IMG/VR virus record: IMGVR_UViG_3300020477_000024 | Coordinates: 1 to 61,164 of that record | Length of the DNA stretch: 61,164 bases | Strand: one strand, 5' to 3' | Source of the DNA: a virus | Lineage: Duplodnaviria > Caudoviricetes | Shown: positions 9,997-20,800 of the stretch, in pieces | Layout: every line of letters begins with the position of its first letter | Position numbering within the stretch: the stretch's first letter is position 1 | Position numbers and translations under genes: made by a program | The notes under the pieces: generated by a model | The model's input: only the letters and a program-made list of their open reading frames with translations | What the model was told of the DNA's origin: nothing | The model's database searches: none

Positions 9997-10004
9997 TATT
10001 TATA
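9997..10004 (-). promoter_or_regulatory. T4-type late promoter TATAAATA
   Basis: Exact TATAAATA between the fibre stop codon and the RBS of the next gene. Confidence 0.65.
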
Positions 10005-10012
10005 TAGTATTT

Positions 10013-13000
10013 TTATGAATGTGATATACTTTGAGATTTAAATCCAATAACAGCTGAAGCCGTATTAGAACCATTATATGTTCCATCTCCTTTAAAAGAA
10101 GTTATAGTTGGAACAGTTGCGGTATTAAACGAAAAATTGAAAGTATGACTTGTATGATTTGACCAAGTACTTCCATCACTACCAGACGGTTTTACACCCT
10201 TCTGACCTTTTTGTCCTTTTTGACCTTTTTGACCAGAATCACCTGTTGCCCCTTTTGCTCCTTTACTTGAAGAAGGTGCAGGTTGTCCTTTTTCACCTTT
10301 ATCACCTTTGTCGCCAGGTGATCCATCACCAGCATTGGTAGCATTTTTTGTACCTTTATCACCTTTATCACCTTTATCACCTTTGTCGCCGGGATCTCCA
10401 TCACCAGCATTGGTAGCATTTTTTGTACCTTTATTTCCTTTATCACCTTTGTCGCCGGGATCACCTGTACCAGCATTGGTAGTATTTTTCGGGCCTTTAT
10501 CACCTTTATCACCTTTGTCGCCGGGATCACCTGTACCAAGATGTCCAGTATTTTTCGGGCCTTTATCACCTTTATTTCCTTTGTCGCCGGGAGCTCCTGT
10601 ACCAAGATTTCCCGAATTTTTACTTCCTTTATTTCCTTTATTACCCTTAGCACCAGCATCACCATCAAAACCTTTTACTCCAGCAAGTTCACTTCCATTA
10701 GCAGTATCATAAGCATAACTACCAGTTTTTTCACCAGCTGCATTTACTATTACAAAGTCGCCAGGAATTCCTTTGACCCCCTTCTCCGAGGTGTCGGCAT
10801 CTCTACCTTTAATTCCAGCAGTTGTTCTGCTATCCGATCCAACTACGAATTCTGTACGTCCAGTAATATTATCATTAGCATCAGTATGTACATATGGCCC
10901 ATGCTTACCTTTTAGACCCTTTTCTGAAGTGTCGGCATCTCTACCTTTAATTCCAGCAGTTGTTCTGCTATCCGATCCAACTACGAATTCTGTACGTCCA
11001 GTAATATTATCATTAGCATCAGTATGTACATATGGCCCATGCTTACCCTTCAAACCCTTTTCTGAAGTATCAGCATCACGACCCTTAATTCCAGCAGTTG
11101 TTGTGCTATCTGTGCCGACTACGAATTCTGTACGTCCAGTAATTGCATCATTAGCATCAGTATGTACATATGGCCCATGCTTACCCTTCAAACCCTTTTC
11201 TGAAGTATCAGCATCACGACCCTTAATTCCAGCAGTTGTTCTGCTATCCGATCCAACTACGAATTCTGTACGTCCAGTAATTGAATCATTAGCATCAGTA
11301 TGTACATATGGCCCATGCTTACCTTTTAGACCCTTCTCCGAGGTGTCGGCATCTCTACCTTTAATTCCAGCAGTTGTTGTGCTATCTGTGCCGACTACGA
11401 ATTCTGTACGTCCAGTAATTGCATCATTAGCATCAGTATGTACATATGGCCCATGCTTACCCTTCAAACCCTTTTCTGAAGTATCAGCATCACGACCCTT
11501 AATTCCAGCATCTTTAGTACTCCCTGCTTCATGCTCAACTCTTGCATTGAGTGTGCCATCTTGTTTAGTAGTAACAAACGGGCCATGATGACCCTTAATA
11601 CCTTTTTCTGAAGTGTCGGCATCACGACCCTTAATTCCAGCATCTTTAGTACCACCAGATTCATGCTCAACTCTTGAATTCAAAGTTCCATCTTGTTTAG
11701 TAGTAACAAACGGGCCATGATGACCCTTAATACCTTTTTCTGAAGTATCAGCATCTCTGCCTTTAATTCCAGAATCTTTAGTACCACCAGATTCATGCTC
11801 AACTCTTGAATCCAAAGTTCCATCAGATTTAGTAGTAACAAACGGGCCATGATGACCCTTGATACCCTTTTCTGAAGTATCAGCATCATGACCTTTAACA
11901 CCAGATTGCTTGGTTCCATCAGTACCAATATTTTCATGTTCAATTCTTGCATTGAGTGTGCCATCTGATTTAGTGGTAACGTATGGCCCATGATGACCCT
12001 TGATACCCTTTTCTGAAGTATCGGCATCTACACCCTTAACTCCTGCCAATCCACTTCTACCACCAAGTCCTAAAACTGCTGTAAATGTTTGTCCACCACC
12101 CTTTGCTGGAGCAGATATAGTCGGAACCGAAGAATAACCAGAACCAGAATTCAATACTTTTACATCAGTTACTTGTCCTGTATTATCTACAACCAAATGT
12201 CCTCTAAACCCAGAACCTCCACCACCAGTTGCTTCAATAATTTCATGATTTTGATAATCTGTACTATGAGAACCAGAAACAGTTACACTTCTAACTTTAT
12301 CTGGATCACCCGATTGTACATTATCTTGCCAATTTCCCTGAAAACCTTTAGTTCCTTTACTTCCTACACTTCCACCCTCGCCGGGATCTCCAGAAGCAGG
12401 TACTAATAAATTAATTTCACCCTTTCCACTAATCTCAGTACCATCAAGATTGAACATTCTTTTGCTTATGGTATTTGAACTTCCATCATATTTTATAGAT
12501 TCAAATCTTCCTTCATCAACCTTTGAGATATTATGAACAATTTGTTTTCCATCTTGTGTCCAAGTTATTCTAACTTCTGGATATGATGTAACAACATTGT
12601 TAGTAACACTATAGAAAATATTAGAATATATCCTCACTTCTTTATTTGCTGTACCAGAAACAACTGCCCAAGTTGAACCAGAAGTAGAAGAAGAATTGTA
12701 TGAACCAGAAGAATTTAAAACATCAACTGCAACTGTTACAGCACCTGTACTAGTTGTAATGAGTTTTATGACTGAAGAAGTGGATTCCCCACTTGCCAAT
12801 GTTTGTCTATCACCCTTAAAATGCCATTGAGTTTTACCAGAAGTTGTTGCACCATCAGCACCTTGCATACCTTTACTAATAGTTATAACCTTGTCAATTG
12901 TAACATTGCCAGAATAACTATGAGGAACTATACCATGAGTTTTGGCAAATGCGTTTAATATGGTTGCTCTGATCGTAAATGTTTCAGTTTCAGAAGTCCA

Positions 13001-16000
13001 ACTTCTATATGTTGAAACATCGTTTGTATTGAATGAATATGAACCATCATCCCTTGAAATCTGAAAAGTCAATCCACCTTGAGTTTTTCTGGAAATGGTA
13101 GTAGTACTATCCGTACTTGAAGGATTTTCGGTAACAGTAGCAGACTCACCGACAAGATGATATTGTACGTTTGTTTCTGATGCATCATCATACTTTACAC
13201 CAGCAAAGTAAACATCAGCATTTCCACCAGCATCAGCAGCCCAAGTATTACCAAAATCTGTACCATCTACTTTTTTTGTACCATCACCATTAGTAGGTAA
13301 TAGCACTGGATCATTGGTTAGTCTAAATTCTACTGCCTTTGACCCTGCTCTTGACCTATTAACATCTAAAACTTTTGCTAAAACGGTTGGTGTTGCAGTA
13401 TTACTAGAGTCTGCAACACCAAGACCATAACGTTCCGAAGTTGTAGAACCCAAAACTGCTTCAAGAATAAATTCGGTATGATCTTTGCTAGGATTCCAAG
13501 CAGAATCTTCTTCTAAAATAAAATATCTATGTGTTGCGTAACGGTTTGTGGTAGTTTCAGGCGTAGTTACTTTATTTTCACCAGCACTATCAGAAATCTG
13601 CACTTTCAAATTATCCGAAGTTGCACCATTAGATTTAACTCTAAAATAAATATAATCAGTAGCAGATGTATGAAAAGAATTTTTGGCAATGTAACCACCA
13701 TCATCCTGTCTTACACGAATTTCCAATTCACCCGTATATTTGCTATGACCTGAAGGATAACTTCCCAATTTAAAATCAAGTGGTACTCTGGTTCCTTGTG
13801 GATCGTCATCAGGAGCAAAATCACCTTTGGTATTTGTTGCAATTATAACTGGATCACGTTTTAAACGAAAATCTACTGCACTACCAACTCGACTTTTGCT
13901 AATAGTAAATTTTCTTGTTACAGTTACATCTTCTGTACTTGTTCCAGCAATCAATCCCCATACTTTTGCTTGGGCATTAGCAATAATTGCCTGTACCGTA
14001 ACTTCAGTGGCATCTGTATTCCAAATTGAACTGGAACTTTCGTTTTGAAATTGGTAGATCCCTTGATCGTCTATTACAAAACTGAAATTTTTAGTTGCGT
14101 TGGTAGTGGTTACATTACCCCCATCATCTGTTGTAGTTGTTCCCCAATTAGAAGCGGGATCGGGCCCATCATGGACAGTATCATTGACATTTGCTCTAAA
14201 TTGAACATGCTCGGATGTTCTTTGGTCAGCACCATTTATGATTACTTGGAACTGACCAGTAGTACCACTATAATCAATTGGATCACCAACTAAATTTTTT
14301 CGTCCTTCTGGGCCTGTAACGACAACCACAGGATCATTGGTCAAACGACCTTCAATGGCATTTTCACCACGTTTAGTTTTTGTAATATCCAGAACTTTTA
14401 TTAGTGAAATATCCTGATAAAGTTGTGAACCTTGTGTCCAAGTTGGAGCAGTACTATTAGCAGTAAATTCTTCACCATTGGCATTTGTTATCTCATTCCC
14501 ACTAGGATATAAAACACCAGAATTGGAAAAATCATCACCTGTTTCGTAATCGAGAATGACATATCTTTTTCCATTCTCTAAAGTTCCCGATCTTTTTGTT
14601 TCAATAATCCCTTGATTATATGCTTCTGAAGCAGATATAGTTGCCCTTATCGTAAACCTTTCTGTATCAGATGTCCAAGAAGAATTTTCAGATAACGTAT
14701 ATACACCCGTAGATGCAATTGAAACCTTTAAACCATTTCGAGTTGCCTGTGCATCATATGCATCTGATTGTACTGACCATTCTTCTCCAGCCGCACTATT
14801 ACTACTTGGATTTTGTCCTGTATTTGCTTGAGTTGCTTTGTAAATAGTAGCAGAATGTAATACATAATCATTTGGTTGATAGGCAGTACTATTATCCCAT
14901 GCTGGTGTATCATTTAAAATTTCATATGTAACAGCACTATCAGGAATAGATTGACCACCAACAACTGCCTGTGCTTCACCACTTTCATAATTGGGTTGTC
15001 CTGATGTACCAAATAGAGCAGTTGTTCCGTCTGCTCTTTTCAACCCTTGTGTATCAGTATCAATGTTAATTGGATCACGACTCAATCGCAAATCACCAGA
15101 ACTACGACCTTTGATATTTTTAGTAAACGGTTGATTGATAATCTTTTCTATAACCCTGCCATCAAACCGTTGAGAAGTTATAGTGAATTTTATATTAGCA
15201 GTTCTTTTATTCGTAGTCATTGCAGACGCATCTGCAACTTTTGCATTTTTAAAACTTATTGGATTGCTTCCACCAGAATTTGCATCCTCGTCAGTTATTG
15301 CACCAACAGTTATATTAGTTGCAGTTGTGGCAATTTTGAATTGACCATTGGCAAGTGTAGGATTTCCCTCAATAAAAGTTAATGGTCTATTTCCATCATA
15401 AACTTCAATAAATGTTCCACTACCATCATATGTTACAACCGCAGAAGATTCATCTGTTTGTAGTAATACAGACGGATTGGTAAGAAGAACCGTTACACCA
15501 TCAGTTCCGGCCTGTGTACCAAAAACAACTGTAGAATCTTCTGCCAAAACAACATCATTTCCAGTACCTTCATAGGTTTTAACTACATATCTTCTACGAA
15601 TAAATTTGGATGTCGGGGAAGTTGCGGTTGCGGTATGAGTGGTACTCTTTGCCTTGAATGCAGGATCTTTGGTTGTATTGCTAAAACCAGCATCTATTGC
15701 TGAAAATGTTGCACTATTTGTACCATCCGTAATAGTGTCTGAACCCGAAAAACTACCGACAATATCCGAAATCAAAAACTTAACATTACTTCCTGAAACT
15801 GTCTGGTAGACGATTGCATGATTATCATCGTCTTTGTAAATTTTAGTTCCAACTGTCCAAACAGATGGGGATGGTGCAGACGTAAGAGTTAATTCTTTGG
15901 TTTTTGCTATTTCATCTATTTGTGTATGAGCATTGACAAAACCTTGAGGTGTAGCAGTCAAAATATATTGACTTGGATCAGCAGAAGAACCACCAGCATT

Positions 16001-17014
16001 ATAACCAATTTGATAATCATCAGATTCTAATGATACATTTGTACTAACTCTATTTTTATCATACGTTATATTTCGATTGACAGTAACCGTATCACCATTT
16101 GATTTGGTTAATATAATCGGAATAGTAGCAACAATCGTATCAACACCATCACCACCGACAAAATCCCTTGCTGTTATCTTTGCTTGGTCAGGTGTTTGAG
16201 ATGTATCACTCTCTTTGTCTAAAGTAATACTTACGTTCGATTGACTTATAGTTCCTATGGTATATCTAGGTGTAATACTAGTATTGGTTGTATATTGTGC
16301 TAATTTTGCACCAACATAAACCTTAACATTGCTATCTGCATTATCAGCACCTAGAGTATCTGTAACAACACCCTGCGGAGTAGATGTAAAAGAAAAATAT
16401 TCTTTTTCTACAAAAGCATTAATTGCATCTTCACCAGCAGAAACATAAGAAAGAACCAATGGCATATTATCCGTTAGTGTCAGATTTGAGACTAACAGAT
16501 TGACTTTGAACCGATAGTAAACACTATTTCCACCAGCAGCTGCATATTTGGTAGAATCCAAAATCGAAAACAGCATAAATTGTGTAGCATCTGCTTTTTT
16601 ATAAAGTCTAAATGTACCAATAATTGAAGCAGATACTGTTCCGATTGTATCTAAAAAATTGTCTAATACAACACCATTATTATCCGTATTATCTAAATAA
16701 AGATAATGATCTCCAGATGGTGTATCAAAACCACCACTTCCACTAGCTGCAACATTAGAACCCAAACTTTGTTCAGTAGGATGTCCTGTTATCGTTGTAT
16801 TATGCCATTGATATTCAAATGTTACTCCACCAGTGGGTATTTGAACGTTCCCTAAATCTGATCTCGCAAGTTCATAACCACCTTTTGTACTACCATCATG
16901 AAACCGTATTGCTTCATCTCCACTATTTGTCTGCATAGTGAATTCACCTTGCTTACCAGTGTAAGCAAGGTTTTGATCTTTAGTACCCCGTTTAACTTTG
17001 AATGTTATGGACAT
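10013..17014 (-). CDS. Giant tail fibre with tandem repeats and C-terminal collagen-like region
   Basis: 2333 aa. N-terminal KRGT...G..GE....HDGST.GG fibre motif, a CBM5/12-like segment (WDNSTAYQPNDYVLH...YKA), repeated RL..DP domains, DADTSEKG repeats and G-X-K runs. Confidence 0.88.
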   Translation of the reverse strand: MSITFKVKRGTKDQNLAYTGKQGEFTMQTNSGDEAIRFHDGSTKGGYELARSDLGNVQIPTGGVTFEYQWHNTTITGHPTEQSLGSNVAASGSGGFDTPSGDHYLYLDNTDNNGVVLDNFLDTIGTVSASIIGTFRLYKKADATQFMLFSILDSTKYAAAGGNSVYYRFKVNLLVSNLTLTDNMPLVLSYVSAGEDAINAFVEKEYFSFTSTPQGVVTDTLGADNADSNVKVYVGAKLAQYTTNTSITPRYTIGTISQSNVSITLDKESDTSQTPDQAKITARDFVGGDGVDTIVATIPIILTKSNGDTVTVNRNITYDKNRVSTNVSLESDDYQIGYNAGGSSADPSQYILTATPQGFVNAHTQIDEIAKTKELTLTSAPSPSVWTVGTKIYKDDDNHAIVYQTVSGSNVKFLISDIVGSFSGSDTITDGTNSATFSAIDAGFSNTTKDPAFKAKSTTHTATATSPTSKFIRRRYVVKTYEGTGNDVVLAEDSTVVFGTQAGTDGVTVLLTNPSVLLQTDESSAVVTYDGSGTFIEVYDGNRPLTFIEGNPTLANGQFKIATTATNITVGAITDEDANSGGSNPISFKNAKVADASAMTTNKRTANIKFTITSQRFDGRVIEKIINQPFTKNIKGRSSGDLRLSRDPINIDTDTQGLKRADGTTALFGTSGQPNYESGEAQAVVGGQSIPDSAVTYEILNDTPAWDNSTAYQPNDYVLHSATIYKATQANTGQNPSSNSAAGEEWSVQSDAYDAQATRNGLKVSIASTGVYTLSENSSWTSDTERFTIRATISASEAYNQGIIETKRSGTLENGKRYVILDYETGDDFSNSGVLYPSGNEITNANGEEFTANSTAPTWTQGSQLYQDISLIKVLDITKTKRGENAIEGRLTNDPVVVVTGPEGRKNLVGDPIDYSGTTGQFQVIINGADQRTSEHVQFRANVNDTVHDGPDPASNWGTTTTDDGGNVTTTNATKNFSFVIDDQGIYQFQNESSSSIWNTDATEVTVQAIIANAQAKVWGLIAGTSTEDVTVTRKFTISKSRVGSAVDFRLKRDPVIIATNTKGDFAPDDDPQGTRVPLDFKLGSYPSGHSKYTGELEIRVRQDDGGYIAKNSFHTSATDYIYFRVKSNGATSDNLKVQISDSAGENKVTTPETTTNRYATHRYFILEEDSAWNPSKDHTEFILEAVLGSTTSERYGLGVADSSNTATPTVLAKVLDVNRSRAGSKAVEFRLTNDPVLLPTNGDGTKKVDGTDFGNTWAADAGGNADVYFAGVKYDDASETNVQYHLVGESATVTENPSSTDSTTTISRKTQGGLTFQISRDDGSYSFNTNDVSTYRSWTSETETFTIRATILNAFAKTHGIVPHSYSGNVTIDKVITISKGMQGADGATTSGKTQWHFKGDRQTLASGESTSSVIKLITTSTGAVTVAVDVLNSSGSYNSSSTSGSTWAVVSGTANKEVRIYSNIFYSVTNNVVTSYPEVRITWTQDGKQIVHNISKVDEGRFESIKYDGSSNTISKRMFNLDGTEISGKGEINLLVPASGDPGEGGSVGSKGTKGFQGNWQDNVQSGDPDKVRSVTVSGSHSTDYQNHEIIEATGGGGSGFRGHLVVDNTGQVTDVKVLNSGSGYSSVPTISAPAKGGGQTFTAVLGLGGRSGLAGVKGVDADTSEKGIKGHHGPYVTTKSDGTLNARIEHENIGTDGTKQSGVKGHDADTSEKGIKGHHGPFVTTKSDGTLDSRVEHESGGTKDSGIKGRDADTSEKGIKGHHGPFVTTKQDGTLNSRVEHESGGTKDAGIKGRDADTSEKGIKGHHGPFVTTKQDGTLNARVEHEAGSTKDAGIKGRDADTSEKGLKGKHGPYVHTDANDAITGRTEFVVGTDSTTTAGIKGRDADTSEKGLKGKHGPYVHTDANDSITGRTEFVVGSDSRTTAGIKGRDADTSEKGLKGKHGPYVHTDANDAITGRTEFVVGTDSTTTAGIKGRDADTSEKGLKGKHGPYVHTDANDNITGRTEFVVGSDSRTTAGIKGRDADTSEKGLKGKHGPYVHTDANDNITGRTEFVVGSDSRTTAGIKGRDADTSEKGVKGIPGDFVIVNAAGEKTGSYAYDTANGSELAGVKGFDGDAGAKGNKGNKGSKNSGNLGTGAPGDKGNKGDKGPKNTGHLGTGDPGDKGDKGDKGPKNTTNAGTGDPGDKGDKGNKGTKNATNAGDGDPGDKGDKGDKGDKGTKNATNAGDGSPGDKGDKGEKGQPAPSSSKGAKGATGDSGQKGQKGQKGQKGVKPSGSDGSTWSNHTSHTFNFSFNTATVPTITSFKGDGTYNGSNTASAVIGFKSQSISHS
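10195..10680 (-). repeat. Interrupted collagen-like Gly-X-Y repeat, Lys in the Y position
   Basis: GDKGDKGDKG, GNKGNKG and GQKGQKGQKG runs, in units of about 60 nt. Confidence 0.9.
10680..12045 (-). repeat. Coding tandem repeat, 10 units of about 132-141 nt
   Basis: DADTSEKG occurs 10 times. A 138-nt period is seen (10861 vs 10999), with two unit types. Confidence 0.92.
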
Positions 17015-17023
17015 ATTCTATCC

Positions 17024-17827
17024 TCATATGATACGTTTTTTTGCTACCCAACCCAACATTTTCTTTGCCTTTCTATTATCCAAACATATCCTCTCGACCT
17101 CATTTTTCTTTTTAGGAAAATAAATAGGATTTGTATGTAGACAACCATATTTGTTTACTAATTGATTTAATGAAACTTCTTCTCCAGTTCCTATATTAAA
17201 AATTTCATTTTTTCCTTTATGTAATGCTAAAACATTTGCCTCTACAACATCATCAATATGAACATAATCTCTTGTAGTTTCTCCTGTACCATAAATTCTT
17301 GGTTCTGGATTTTTGCGAAGAATGTAATATATTCCTTTTTTGGCATCCTCACCCCAAACATTAGCATATCTTAAAATTGTATATGATATTTCTGATAATT
17401 TAATATATTTTTCAGCAACCAATTTACTTAATCCATATGGTGAAATCGGATTAGGCAAATCAGTTTCTAAAACGGGTAAATTTTCAGGATTTCCATAACA
17501 AGCACCACCAGAAGATGCATAAATTATCTTTTTGACATCAAACATCTTACAAACCTGTAAAATTTTCAATGTCGCAAGTATATTCTGTTTAGCATCATAT
17601 TCTGGATTTAACAATGCTTTTCTAACATCAGATTGGGCGGCATGATGACTGATAACATCTATACCATTTCCCGATAACAAATTTTGCAAGTCGGGTATAT
17701 ACCTATCACTACAAATATCTATTTCCAAACCATTATTTACTTCATATACATTATGACCTAATTCTTTATATCGTTTTACAACCCGACTTCCAATAAAACC
17801 CATATGCCCCGTAACTAATATATTCAT
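17024..17827 (-). CDS. galE: NAD-dependent epimerase, UDP-glucose 4-epimerase-like (extended SDR)
   Basis: VTGHMGFIG, HHAAQ, ASSGGACYG, SPYGLSK (YxxxK), LRYANV and RDYVHIDD motifs. Confidence 0.8.
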   Translation of the reverse strand: MNILVTGHMGFIGSRVVKRYKELGHNVYEVNNGLEIDICSDRYIPDLQNLLSGNGIDVISHHAAQSDVRKALLNPEYDAKQNILATLKILQVCKMFDVKKIIYASSGGACYGNPENLPVLETDLPNPISPYGLSKLVAEKYIKLSEISYTILRYANVWGEDAKKGIYYILRKNPEPRIYGTGETTRDYVHIDDVVEANVLALHKGKNEIFNIGTGEEVSLNQLVNKYGCLHTNPIYFPKKKNEVERICLDNRKAKKMLGWVAKKRII

Positions 17828-17843
17828 AATAAATTTATACTCC

Positions 17844-20800
17844 TTAAACCCTTCTCCCTGTTAAAATAACTACTGCTACCATTCTCTTTCCATCACTATG
17901 ACCAGCAGATAGTGTTCCAGCAGTACTCTTGAATCTAACAGTACATCCAGTGTTATTAGTAGTATTTAGTGGTGTTACTTTACCATCGTTCCCTCTTAAA
18001 ATTTCTACATCACCATCCGCAAGTTGTAAAATTGTAGACTGTGTTGTAGAATTTTTAACTTCAGTTAAAAATGCTGTTGCTTCTTCAACAACAAAATTAG
18101 TTGGTATTTCTTCTATCGTATTTGCTACAGAACCAAAATCAGTATTAGTGATTCCTGTTACATTAGAAATAACAGTTTTAGTTTGCATTGGTTTTAACGA
18201 ATCGTCTTTATAATTCGGTATAACCTTCAGATTTCTGATCTTAACGGGCATAGAGTAATTACTTGCCGTCATATTAATTTTTAATTGTAAAATTGCAAAA
18301 TCAGAAATATTGTCCAGACTATATACCATTTTTTTATATTCTGGAAAATCTGCATCAAAAGTAGTACCAACTTGTGATAAAGATGACCATATAACTGCAT
18401 CTTTGGATACAATATCAGTAGCAAAATGTGCAGATGATACCGTTTGATTATAACCTCTGGTAACAGTCAATCCCGACCCCGTACCTGTTACGAGCATTTG
18501 TTCTTCACCTATACTAATAACATCACCAATAGTGAACAATTCATTTTCTACTAAATTTACAGTAGTAGCACTTGAACTAATATCAGTCTGTAATTTATCA
18601 GTAAATACCGAATCAAAGGTTGTCTGTGAAGATGATTCCATAGTTTTAGCATAAACATTTATAGCATTTCCTTTTGACAACAAAGCATCAAAGACAACAA
18701 AAACTGAATTTGCACTTTCTTCCAATTCTACTTTTCGACTGATATAATTGGACGATGATGCCAAATGTGATACAATTAAGGTATTAGCAGAACTAATATC
18801 AAAAATTGGGGATAATCTATCATTACTTGTATTTCCTGACATTGTTAATTTCAAAACAGCATCAGTAGTTAAAGTTCTTGGTTGAGTATACGGTATATTC
18901 GTATTCACATCTACACTATCAGTCGTTGATAATGCCGTACTATCAGATTCTACCCAACTTAAACTAGTACCATCAGGAACAAATTGTTTTGCGTTATATC
19001 GAATAATATCTGCTCTTCGTCTGGCATTTTTTACAGTTACATTATTTTCGTTCTGAGCATATCCAGAACTACCCAAAGTAACTAGGTTAGAACCACCCAT
19101 CGAATATCTATCTGCTGTTAAACCACTTGACATAACAGTGTGGTCGTCAACCGTAACACCCCTTGCTGTAACCTTTAACTGAGCAGTAGTAGTTCCACCA
19201 GAAACTGCTACAACATCATCAGTTTCATAACCATATCCACCAAAAATAACTTCAGGTGTACCAGTTATAGCACCACCTCCACCAACTGAAATTTTAACAC
19301 GCAATCCAGTTCCATTACCAGTTCCACCACTTGCACCACTCACATTAGTAGTTGCTTCACCAATACCTGTTGCAGAAGAAGCAGTGTAACCAGCACCATT
19401 GTTACTACCATTAACAGGTGCATCTGTAACTGCACCTAAATGCAAACCTTTCAACCTCTTAACTTCGTATACACCATCATTAGCAACTACAACATCAGTA
19501 CCAGAAGAAACACCTATAACATGATCTCCCACATTCCATCCACCAGATTCTGTTGCGATTGACATTGTTTTCTTGGTATTGTCAAAAGTTATCACTCTTC
19601 CATAAGGAACTGTATAAACATTGTCATTTTCTGGACTAAATGCAGATGCTCTATTATATACAATTTCCCCTGCTGTAAATGTCAATTCTCCCGTAACAAA
19701 TAAATCATGTTCAGTACGACCCTGAATGTTACTAAAATTGACCGTATCACCAGCACTAAATCCATGTCCTTCATGATCTACCACTAAAGTTGCATCTGAA
19801 TTGCTTGACCACAACTGTGTTTTCAGAGGATTTGGGTTTAAAACAGGATTGCTAAGTGTAGACTTAATAATTGCATCATCAGGATACGCATTGAATTTAG
19901 CACGATAGAGAGAAAATCTCAAAATCTCATCGGTAATTTTTTGACCACCGATAAAGAGATTTCCAATTCCCGTACCCTTTGAACCTTTGTTCTGTTCAGT
20001 TTTCAGAGTTTGAATTTTATACTCAACGGAAGGTGTTACTATACCTATGGCATATTTCCCCCGTTTAAGATAAATCGTTTCGTCAAATGTAAACGTAACC
20101 GCAGTACCTGTTGAAAATGCAACAAAATCAGTTGGAATCTTAGAAACTATACTATAAGGCAATACTTTATTGCTTGGTTTCCCATTTTCCATTTTTCTAA
20201 TCTGAACTGTTACAGCACGATCAAATAAATCTTCTGCGGTAAAATATAGATCCAATTTGGTAATACATGTTTCCTCAAAAATCTCAAATTCTTGGAACAT
20301 TGACTCATTGGTCTGGTCATCCCATGATAAATCATATGGTTTGGTTAAATAACCCTCATCATCGAATAACCCAACTGCATGATAGTAACCTTCTGCATAA
20401 TTATCATTTCCACTAATAACAATTTTTTTGCTACCAGTTGTAAACTTAGTAGAACCAACACCTTCGTCTGAATTTGGAATGATATAAGTTTTTGAAAATT
20501 TTCCATTATTATCAGTATATAATGAACCAGTAGGTGTCAAATAAGTACTAATTTCAATTCCATCAAATTTAACTGATGTAATTGCACAATTAGGTTTTAG
20601 ACCATATGCATTAATCGTAATCGTTTTGCTCCTAATATAAGGAACATAATTTCCCTCGACTGTTTTATCATTTATCTCTTTTCCAGTTACATTATAGTAA
20701 TTGGGTGATTTATCCAATTCATTATAATTCATATCTAATTTGGGATCAGCAATATGACTGTCTTTGACACCATACCATTCTGTTTCCCATTCATTCCAAA

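Noticed and set aside
10680-12045. Tandem repeats as a CRISPR array
   Set aside because: Units are multiples of 3, in frame within a 2333-aa ORF, with no unique spacers or cas genes.
10013-17014. Diversity-generating retroelement target
   Set aside because: The N-terminus resembles tropism-protein starts, but no reverse transcriptase or adenine-specific TR/VR pair is visible in the window.
17832-17839. TATAAATT as a late promoter for the epimerase
   Set aside because: It lies between the RBS and the start codon and is a mismatch variant.
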